Shown piece after piece: positions 56,399 to 64,000 of a stretch of DNA of 64,000 nt. A program made the position numbers and the translations under genes. A model generated the notes under the pieces. That model was not told the DNA's origin and did no database searches. It was given only the letters and a program-made list of their open reading frames with translations. The stretch lies in assembly GCA_049177215.1 (NCBI GenBank), contig CP185379.1:2921549-2985548 (forward strand). Reading direction: 5' to 3'. Numbering within the stretch: position 1 is the stretch's first letter; every line of letters starts with the position of its first letter. Origin of the DNA: Candidatus Pollutiaquabacter aromativorans. Lineage in GTDB: Bacteria > Bacteroidota > Bacteroidia > AKYH767-A > 2013-40CM-41-45.

Positions 56399-58919
56399 AT
56401 GCATGGGACCCGCATTAACCTATCATTAACCGGCATGACCTGCTGGAACGAACGTAGGTTTGGTAACACCATTCCCTCCCCATCCATGCATACCCGTCTT
56501 GTTTTCCTCCTCTTCCTGCTTCTGCCTTTATTGAGCTTCGCCCGGACCAACCGGACGGTATCCGGCATCCTTCAGGGTCCCGACAAGCAGCCCCTCGCCT
56601 ACGCCACCGTGATGCTCCTGCAATCGGCCGACAGCAGCCTGGTCAAGGGCGCCATCACCGACGAGCAGGGCGCGTACCGTTTCGACGACCTGCAACCCGG
56701 CCGTTACCGCGTCAAGGCCTCCCAGATCGGCATGGAGACGACCCTGTCGGGCGAGTTCGAAGTGACGGAGACCGGCACCGGGCAGCAACTTCCCACGCTC
56801 GTGATGGGCGGCAAGTCGATCCAGCTCAAGGAAGCGACCATCGCGGGCGAGAAGCCCCTCTTCGAACACCGCGTCGACAAGATCGTGGTGAACGTGGAGA
56901 ACAGCATCGTGAACGCGGGCGGCACCGCCCTGGAGATCCTGCAGAAGTCGCCCGGCGTCACCGTCGACAACAACGGCACCATCTCCCTGCGCGGCAAACA
57001 GGGCGTGCTCGTGATGATGGACGGCAAGCCGACCTACCTCAGCGCGCAGGAACTCTACAACATGCTGCGCAACATGCCGGCCGACCAGCTCGCGCAGATC
57101 GAGATCATCACCAACCCTTCCGCCAAGTACGACGCGGCCGGCACCACGGGGATCGTCAACATCCGCCTGCGCAAGAACCGCAACTACGGCACCAACGGCG
57201 ACCTGCGCACGAGCTATGGGCAGGGCCGTTACCTCGACTACGGCTTCGGCGGCAGCCTCAACCACCGCAACAAACTCTTCAACGCCTACGGCAGCTACGA
57301 CTACGGCAATGGCTTCTATTTCGAAAGCACCGAGCTGCAGCGACGTTTCCGCGACGGGAACTTCATTTCGACCTTCAGGCAGGACAACTACGACAAAGGC
57401 GAATACATCAACCACAACTTCCGCGGCGGCCTGGACGTCACTCTGGCGCCGAAGCACACGATCGGAGTCCTGGTGCGCGGCACCTACAACACCGGCGAGA
57501 ACCACAACCGCAGCGTGACCGACATCCTCAACGGCTCCGGACATCGCCGACTCGGGCTACGTCACGCGCAACGACAACAGCAGCGAGTGGAACAACCTCA
57601 ACGGGAATTTCAACTACCGCTGGGCGATCGACAGCGCCGGACAGGAGCTGAGCCTCGACGCCGACCTCGGTCGCTTCGACAACAAGGCCGACTTCAACTT
57701 CTACACCGACCATTACGACTACACTGAACCGCGCCAACGACTGGGTGGAGCGCTCCTACAACCGGCAACCCGCGGTGATCGACATCCGCACGGCGAAGGT
57801 CGACTACGTGAAACCGATCGGCAAGAAGTCGCGCTTCGAAGCCGGGGCCAAGATCAGCGACGTGGATACCGACAGCGACGTGCGCTTCTTCAACATCGTA
57901 AACGGCGCCGACGTGGTGGACACCGGTAAGACGAACCATTTCGTGTACGAGGAGACGATCCGCGCCGGCTACATCAACGGCACGACCGAGTTCGGCAAGG
58001 TGGGCGTGCAGCTCGGCCTGCGCGCGGAGCAGACCATCGCGAAGGGCACCCAGCAAGTGAACAACTCCACCTTCTCGCGCGACTACACCCAGTTGTTCCC
58101 CACCGCCTTCCTGACGTACACGTTCAACGACACGCACCAGGTACACGTATCGTACGGCCGGCGCATCGACCGACCGGCGTACCAGCAGCTCAATCCGTTC
58201 AAGTTCTACCTGGACCCGTACACCTACCAGGAAGGCAACCCCCTCCTGATGCCGCAGCTCACCAACTTCTACGAAGTCGGCTACACCTTCCTGCAACGCT
58301 ACTCGGTCAACCTGAACTTCAGCCGGACGCACGACGCGATGACGCAGATCACGCGGCAGATCGATTCGCTGCGGACCACCTACGTCATCACGGAAAACCT
58401 GCAGACGAACGACAACCTGAGCGTGAACCTCAACCTGCCCTTCCAGCCGTTCGCCTGGTGGGAGATGAACAACAACCTGACCGTGTACAACACCCGCTTC
58501 AAAGGGCCGAGTTCGGCGGGGAACGTGGACGTGGCGCGTACGGCGGTCTCGTTCAACACCAACCACGCGATCCGCTTACCGAAGGACTGGGCCTTGGAGG
58601 TGAACGGTTATTTCAACAGCGCCTCGGTCTGGGGCACCTGGATGGTGCGGCCGTTCGGGTCGCATGTCGATGGGCTTTCCGCAAGCAGTTACTCGACGGC
58701 AGGGTGACGCTGCGCATCAACGTGAACGATCCGTTCTGGACGGACCGCATCCGCTCCACGGTGCGCATGGAGAACATCGACGCGCAGTTCAACCGCTTTT
58801 ACGACAGCCGCTTCGTGCGCCTCCATGTATCCTGGAAATTCGGGAAACAGACGGTGGCCGGCAACCGCCAACGCCGCACCAGCGCCGAAGAAGAACAGAA
58901 CCGGATCCAGCGGCGGTAA
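56399..58919 (+). pseudogene. outer-membrane beta-barrel/TonB-dependent receptor-like gene, paralog of 37212-40037, broken by at least three frameshifts near 57539, near 57723 and at 58660-58680
   Basis: Homologous segments are found in frames 2, 0, 1 and 0 in turn. Representative segments are SVTDILNGS, DIADSGYVTRNDNSSEWNNLNGNFNYRW, LNRANDWVERSYNRQPAVIDIRTAKVDY and FRKQLLDGRVTLRINVNDPFW. GC3 is very high. Confidence 0.65.
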
Positions 58920-59012
58920 GCGGTTCGTCCGCTTATGAATTGCACACGGATTCACCAGGCCATTCGTGGCAATGAATATGATCGCTCCGGCTTTTCAACC
59001 GGTCTGGACGAG

Positions 59013-60005
59013 TCACTGCTCGCCGAGCTTCGCGAGCGAGCCTTTGAGGTGGTTGATCACGTTGACCTCCACGGCGTCGATCGCCTTGCGGTCGGCCAGG
59101 TAGCAGGAGACCCAGTCGGTCAGGTGGATGAGGTAGAGCGAGCGTTCCAGCATCGAATCCCCGCGCGACCAGATCTCCCGGATGTGCGGCGTGCGCTGCG
59201 CGATGATCTCCTTGTTGATCTCGATGCGCGCCTGCGAACGGTAGTAGTCCGTGCTGTTGCGCAGGATCACGACGGCACACTCTTCGTGTTGTTCGGCCCA
59301 GCCCACCAGTTCGTTGTGGTTCATCTCGGGGATGATGTGGTGCCAGCAGAGCATCTTGGAGTTCTCGTTGATCTGCTGCCGGAAGCGCGTGGCCACGCCG
59401 TTGTAACCGTCGACCGCGTAGATCACCGGCAGTTTGCCGAAAAGAAAATCGGTGACTTCCTGCGCCTCGGACTTGATGGCCGCTTCTTCCATACGCATCC
59501 GGTCGATCGAAGCCCGGAGCTGCGCGACGAACGCGCCGCCGATGAGTCCTTTCTTATGCAGGATGAAAAAGAGCTGCGTGAGCGAATAACCGAGACAGGA
59601 ACGTGGCGGGTTGCCGCCGGGGATGAGGACGAGGTCGAGCCCGTGCTCGCGTGCGCGTTCGGCCACGCTGCCGCCGGAGGTGATGCAACTGATCTGCGCG
59701 CCTTTCTCCAGCGCGGCGTCCATGGCCTGCAGGGTCTCTTCGGTATTACCCGAATACGACGACACGATCACGAGCGTCTCCGGTCCGGTGAAAGCCGGCA
59801 GGAAATAATCCTTGTTGACGGTGACGGGTACCGGGCATTCGTTCGCGACGATCTCGGACACGATGGTGCCGCCGATACCCGAACCGCCCAGTCCGGTGAT
59901 GATGACATTGCGGATGGGGCGAATGGGACGGGAAATGCTGGCCTGCTCGCCAATGCGCAGGGCTTCTTCCAACTGCTCGGGGAATCGCTGTACGAGATCT
60001 TTCAT
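59013..60005 (-). CDS. bifunctional phosphoglucose/phosphomannose isomerase (SIS domain)
   Basis: The sequence ITGLGGSGIGG starts the first SIS domain. A second SIS domain follows. The length is 330 aa. Confidence 0.7.
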   Translation of the reverse strand: MKDLVQRFPEQLEEALRIGEQASISRPIRPIRNVIITGLGGSGIGGTIVSEIVANECPVPVTVNKDYFLPAFTGPETLVIVSSYSGNTEETLQAMDAALEKGAQISCITSGGSVAERAREHGLDLVLIPGGNPPRSCLGYSLTQLFFILHKKGLIGGAFVAQLRASIDRMRMEEAAIKSEAQEVTDFLFGKLPVIYAVDGYNGVATRFRQQINENSKMLCWHHIIPEMNHNELVGWAEQHEECAVVILRNSTDYYRSQARIEINKEIIAQRTPHIREIWSRGDSMLERSLYLIHLTDWVSCYLADRKAIDAVEVNVINHLKGSLAKLGEQ

Positions 60006-60166
60006 GACTATTAATGGAGTCCGGCGTATACGGCCGCAAAGGTAGGGGGTTACCGATTCCGGGCCGAACGCGCGTTGCGTGGACTTGTTGCAATTTATTG
60101 ATTCTGTATCGATTAACGTTTTGAGCCATCCGGCCTGAACCGCTATCTTTGCGAAAATTTCGCAGC

Positions 60167-61711
60167 ATGGAATTGCACGAGCAGGAACAGATCCGCCGCC
60201 AGAAGTTGGACGAACTCCAAAAACACGGCTACCAGGCCTATCCGGCCGACGCCTGGCCGGTCACCGTCAGCGCCCGCCAGATCCTCGACGGCTTCGACGC
60301 CAACCCCGACGGTTTCAAGGAGATGAGCTATGCCGGCCGGATCATGAGCGTACGCGACATGGGCAAGGCCCTGTTCGCAGTGCTGCAGGACGCCTCCGGA
60401 CGCATCCAGATCTACGTTCGCCGCGACGACATCTGTCCGGGCGAGGATAAATCGGATTACGATTTCCTGGTGAAGAAGATGCTCGACATCGGCGACATCA
60501 TCGGGATCAAGGGCTTCGTGTTCCGCACGAAGATGGGCGAGATCACCATCCACGCCACCGCCGTCAAGTTGCTTTCCAAGTCACTGCGTCCGTTGCCGAT
60601 CGTGAAGCAGGACGCCGACGGCAATGTGCACGACGCCTTTACCGATCCGGAGCAGCGCTACCGGATGCGGTACGTGGACCTCATCGTGAACCCGCAGGTG
60701 CGCGAGACATTTGTGAAGCGTACGCAACTCGTCAACTCGATGCGTTCGTTCCTGAACACCCGCGGCTACCTCGAGGTGGAGACGCCGATCCTGCAACCGC
60801 TCTACGGCGGCGCGGCGGCGCGGCCATTCAAGACGCACCACAACACGCTCGACATGACGCTGTACCTGCGTATCGCGAACGAGTTGTACCTCAAGCGCCT
60901 CATCGTGGGCGGCTACGACGGGGTGTACGAGTTCTCGAAGGACTTCCGGAACGAAGGCATGAGCCGGTTCCACAACCCGGAGTTCACCCAGATGGAACTC
61001 TACGTCGCTTACCAGGACTACGAATGGATGATGAACCTGGTGGAAGAGATGGTCGAGAAGATCGCACTCGACCTACACGGCAAGACCGAGGTGCAGGTGG
61101 GTGAACACGTGATCAACTTCCAGCGTCCGTGGAAGCGCTATACGATGTACGGCGCGATCGCGCACTATACAGGCATCGACATCTCCGGGATGGACGAAGC
61201 CGAACTGCGCAAGACGGCGCGGAGCATCGGCATTCATGTGGACGATACGATGGGCCGCGGTAAGCTGATTGACGAGATCTTCGGAGAGAAAGTGGAAGCG
61301 CACCTGATCCAGCCGACCTTCATCACCGACTATCCGCTGGAGATGAGTCCGCTTGCGAAGCAGCACCGCTCCAAGCCGGGGCTGGTGGAGCGTTTCGAGG
61401 CGATCTGCAACGGCAAGGAGATCTGCAACGCCTTCTCCGAGCTCAACGATCCGCTCGACCAGCGCAAGCGCTTCGAGGACCAGCTCGAACTCGGCAAGCG
61501 TGGCGACGAAGAAGCCATGCAGCTCGACGAGGATTTCCTGCGCGCGCTCGAGTTCGGCATGCCGCCTACGGCAGGCCTGGGTATCGGCATCGACCGCCTG
61601 AGCATGATCATGACGAACAGTCATTCGATCCAGGACGTGCTCTTCTTCCCGGCCATGCGCCCGGAGAAGAAAGAAACGCCGGCAGAGGGCACCGAAGCCG
61701 TTTCGAGTTGA
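60167..61711 (+). CDS. lysS: lysine--tRNA ligase (class II)
   Basis: Class II motifs are present ([20 protein letters not shown] and [14 protein letters not shown]). An anticodon-binding OB fold is present. Confidence 0.92.
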   Translation: MELHEQEQIRRQKLDELQKHGYQAYPADAWPVTVSARQILDGFDANPDGFKEMSYAGRIMSVRDMGKALFAVLQDASGRIQIYVRRDDICPGEDKSDYDFLVKKMLDIGDIIGIKGFVFRTKMGEITIHATAVKLLSKSLRPLPIVKQDADGNVHDAFTDPEQRYRMRYVDLIVNPQVRETFVKRTQLVNSMRSFLNTRGYLEVETPILQPLYGGAAARPFKTHHNTLDMTLYLRIANELYLKRLIVGGYDGVYEFSKDFRNEGMSRFHNPEFTQMELYVAYQDYEWMMNLVEEMVEKIALDLHGKTEVQVGEHVINFQRPWKRYTMYGAIAHYTGIDISGMDEAELRKTARSIGIHVDDTMGRGKLIDEIFGEKVEAHLIQPTFITDYPLEMSPLAKQHRSKPGLVERFEAICNGKEICNAFSELNDPLDQRKRFEDQLELGKRGDEEAMQLDEDFLRALEFGMPPTAGLGIGIDRLSMIMTNSHSIQDVLFFPAMRPEKKETPAEGTEAVSS

Positions 61712-61734
61712 TTCATCATCAGAAAAAAGTCAAA

Positions 61735-61758
61735 AGGGCACCGAGCGTGCCCTTTTTT
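61735..61758. terminator. rho-independent terminator
   Basis: The hairpin is aaaaGGGCACcgagcGTGCCCtttttt, immediately after the lysS stop. Confidence 0.8.
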
Positions 61759-61819
61759 ATTTCCGGAAGCCGCTCCCTGCGACAAGGCTTGCGCGTCGAT
61801 TCCGTATCTTTATGCTGCA

Positions 61820-63517
61820 ATGAAACCGATCCGTTTCCTGACCCTGTTCTTCACCGCCCTCGCCCTGGCGGCGAACTTTTCCTGTTCCACCGTTTCCAAG
61901 ACGCCGCTCACCGAAGCGCAACTGGAAACGAAGCTGCGGGAACATATCAGCACACTCGCCAGCGACGCCTACGAGGGACGTGAAGCCGGCAGCGCCGGGG
62001 AAATCAAAGCGCGCGATTACATCGTGAAGTCGTTCAAGTCGGCGGGCCTGAAACCGAAAGGCGAGAAAGGCTTCCTGCAGCCGTTCACCTTCACCGCCGG
62101 CGCGACCTTCGGTCCGGGCACACAGTTGTACGTGAACAACTACAGCTTCAAGGTCAACGACGACTTCACGCCGCTCCCCTACTCCGGCAACGGCGTCATC
62201 ACCGGCTATGTGGCCCGGCTGGGCTACGGGATCGACGACAACAAACTCGGTCGTGAAGATTACAAAGGGAAGCTCAACATCGCCAAGAAGATCTTCGTGA
62301 TGGAATCGGGTACGCCGGACGGCGCGAACCCGCACGGTAAGTTCGGCGAGTGGTCCGACTTGCGGAAGAAACTCGACATCGCGATCCAGCGCGGGGCCAC
62401 GGCCGTGATCTTCATCAACAGCGACACAGCACAGGCGGATCCAAAAGCCGACTTCGATCACCGCATCTCGCCGGTGAGCATTCCTGTACTGTTCGCGAAG
62501 GGCAAGGCAGCGGAACTGTTGCGCGACAGCATCGTGACGAACTGTACGGTCGGAGCCGAGGTGATCAAAGTGACGAAGGACGCTTATAATGTCTGCGGCT
62601 ACATCGACAACGGCGCTGCCACGACGGTGGTGATCGGCGCGCACTACGATCACCTGGGTTACGGGCACGAAGGCTCGCTTTACCGGGGTGAGCCGGCGAT
62701 CCACAACGGCGCCGACGACAACGCGTCCGGCACGGCCGCCCTGATCGAGCTCGGCCGCGACCTGCGCATCCGCGGGCCGAAGCACAACAACTACCTGCTA
62801 TTGGCCTTTTCCGGAGAAGAAAAGGGCCTGCTCGGTTCGAATTACTACGTGAAGCACCCGACGGTGGATCTCACGAAGGTGAACTACATGCTGAACATGG
62901 ACATGGTCGGTCGCCTGAAAAAGGACGAGCCGGTGCTGATCCTGAGCGGCACGGGCACGAGTCCGCGCTGGAAAACGCTGGTCGATTCGATCGAAACGGA
63001 CCAGGTCGAGATCAAGGCGACGGAATCGGGTGTGGGGCCGAGCGATCATACGTCGTTCTATCTGCAGAATATTCCGGTGCTGCACTTTTTCAGCGGCACG
63101 CATGCCGATTACCACAAACCGAGCGACGACGAAGACAAGATCAATTACCCGGGCGCACTGGCGATCATCGGGATGATCCGCAAGACGATCGCGCTGGCGG
63201 ACGGTTCGGGGAAGCTGGTGTTCACCAAGACGAAGGACGAGTCGAACGAGGATGCGCCGAAATTCAAAGTGACCCTGGGTGTGGTGCCCGACTACGCGTT
63301 CGACGGCGAGGGCATGCGCATCGATGGCGTAAGTGACGGCAAGCCGGCGCAAAAAGCGGGGCTACTGGCCGGCGACGTAGTGGTCCAGATCGGCGACTAC
63401 AAAGTGGTGGACATGATGTCCTACATGAAAGCCCTCGGCAAATTCACCAAAGGCGAAACCACCACCGTAAAAGTCAAACGCGGTGCGGAGATGTTGGAGA
63501 AATCGATTACGTTTTGA
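61820..63517 (+). CDS. M28 family zinc peptidase with a C-terminal PDZ domain
   Basis: The lipoprotein or signal sequence ends in FSCS. The zinc ligands are in GAHYDHLG, NGADDNASG and SGEEKGLLGS. The PDZ region is GVSDGKPAQKAGLLAGDVVVQIG. Confidence 0.8.
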   Translation: MKPIRFLTLFFTALALAANFSCSTVSKTPLTEAQLETKLREHISTLASDAYEGREAGSAGEIKARDYIVKSFKSAGLKPKGEKGFLQPFTFTAGATFGPGTQLYVNNYSFKVNDDFTPLPYSGNGVITGYVARLGYGIDDNKLGREDYKGKLNIAKKIFVMESGTPDGANPHGKFGEWSDLRKKLDIAIQRGATAVIFINSDTAQADPKADFDHRISPVSIPVLFAKGKAAELLRDSIVTNCTVGAEVIKVTKDAYNVCGYIDNGAATTVVIGAHYDHLGYGHEGSLYRGEPAIHNGADDNASGTAALIELGRDLRIRGPKHNNYLLLAFSGEEKGLLGSNYYVKHPTVDLTKVNYMLNMDMVGRLKKDEPVLILSGTGTSPRWKTLVDSIETDQVEIKATESGVGPSDHTSFYLQNIPVLHFFSGTHADYHKPSDDEDKINYPGALAIIGMIRKTIALADGSGKLVFTKTKDESNEDAPKFKVTLGVVPDYAFDGEGMRIDGVSDGKPAQKAGLLAGDVVVQIGDYKVVDMMSYMKALGKFTKGETTTVKVKRGAEMLEKSITF

Positions 63518-63599
63518 GATTTCGCGCTTCGTATAAAAAAGGAGCACAGAGTCACGCAGAGGGCACACAGAGTTTCGCAGAGATTTGAATTCTGCTCTG

Positions 63600-64000
63600 T
63601 GCTACTCGTACGTTAGCGCCATTCCTTAAAAGTAGGAAATTAGAGGCAAGGTTGATAAGTAAGGTGGCGGGAGGTGATCCGTGCCCAAGCAGTCCGTGAG
63701 ACATGCTCTCACAGAGATATGCCCCCGTCATCTTCTTACTCTTTAGAGTCTGAACAGAATCCAAGGCGTCCTGGATGTCAGAGACAGCTTGAGTAGGTTA
63801 CGAGTAAAGACGAGGGGGAGTATGCTTATCATCCGAGATCAAAACCCATTCAGTCATGGAGAACGTTATTCGCCAATGCATTGGAATTGATTGCGGGATG
63901 AAGGAGCATGTTGCCAGCTTCAGCCGCATGTATGCCGACCTTCGGGTGGAGTGTTTATCCACGCTGGCCATCCCCAATGGTCCGGGAGGCTTCGTTAAGC
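63600..64000 (+). mobile_element. IS110-family insertion sequence (5' UTR plus transposase N-terminus), truncated by the window edge
   Basis: An ORF starts at the ATG at 63856 and reads MENVIRQCIGIDCGMKEHVASF...LAIPNGPGGF. This matches the IS110 DEDD transposase N-terminus patterns GIDxxK and NxxxGF. It is preceded by a 250-nt untranslated leader. Confidence 0.4.

Noticed and set aside
56528-58566. Long minus-strand ORFs (56528-57544, 57694-58566) antisense to the OM receptor pseudogene
   Set aside because: These are typical stop-codon-poor antisense frames in GC3-rich coding DNA, with no recognisable protein features.
58935-60014. A 359-aa plus-strand ORF overlapping the PGI/PMI gene
   Set aside because: It is antisense to a well-supported SIS-domain isomerase in a high-GC region. 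Its translation is low-complexity and rich in Arg, Asp and Gly.
63540-63850. Possible structured ncRNA, such as tmRNA, RNase P or a group II intron, in the 300-nt non-coding stretch
   Set aside because: There is no tRNA-like acceptor or T-arm, no GUGYG intron start and no domain V motif. The stretch is better explained as the 5' leader of the IS110-like element.

Overview
This is a 64-kb chromosomal segment, about 57% GC, that appears to come from a gliding, T9SS-bearing member of the Bacteroidota. It has six cargo proteins with T9SS C-terminal sorting domains, a GldH-like lipoprotein and Bacteroidota-type TAnnTTTG promoters. Most of the window is housekeeping or envelope genes. These include djlA-like, cvpA, pgk, holB, a PSP1/RicT homolog followed by gldH, an M16 peptidase pair, ferritin, a class A PBP, CoA-transferase A/B, lipB, a TolC-RND-MFP efflux operon, lysS, PGI/PMI and M16/M28 peptidases. 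Six things stand out.

1. A family of intergenic tandem heptanucleotide repeats is present. Units such as GTTTCGG, GGTTGAA, TGTTCAC, TATTCGC, GGGACGR and AATTAGT recur at nine loci. Several are organised as long imperfect palindromes at gene 3' ends.
2. A low-GC islet lies at about 25.5-28.1 kb, roughly 40-48% GC. It carries a T9SS cargo gene, a VOC enzyme and a coupled pair made of a small membrane protein and a divergent protein of the UDG superfamily.
3. A cluster of DPM1/ArnC-like GT2 glycosyltransferases is present. One is paired with a polytopic GT-C-like membrane protein and another with a DDD-motif protein.
4. At least four genes carry frameshifts: a GT2, a small T9SS cargo protein, an AlkD-like repair enzyme and an outer-membrane beta-barrel gene with at least three frame changes. 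Two of these lie in a GC3-rich block at 55.6-59 kb.
5. The PSP1 protein has a run of 10 lysines followed by a Gln/Gly/Pro/Arg-rich disordered tail of about 150 aa.
6. An IS110-like element enters at the 3' window edge.

I found no CRISPR array, rRNA or tRNA. Coordinates for non-ATG starts and frameshift positions are approximate to within a few nt.
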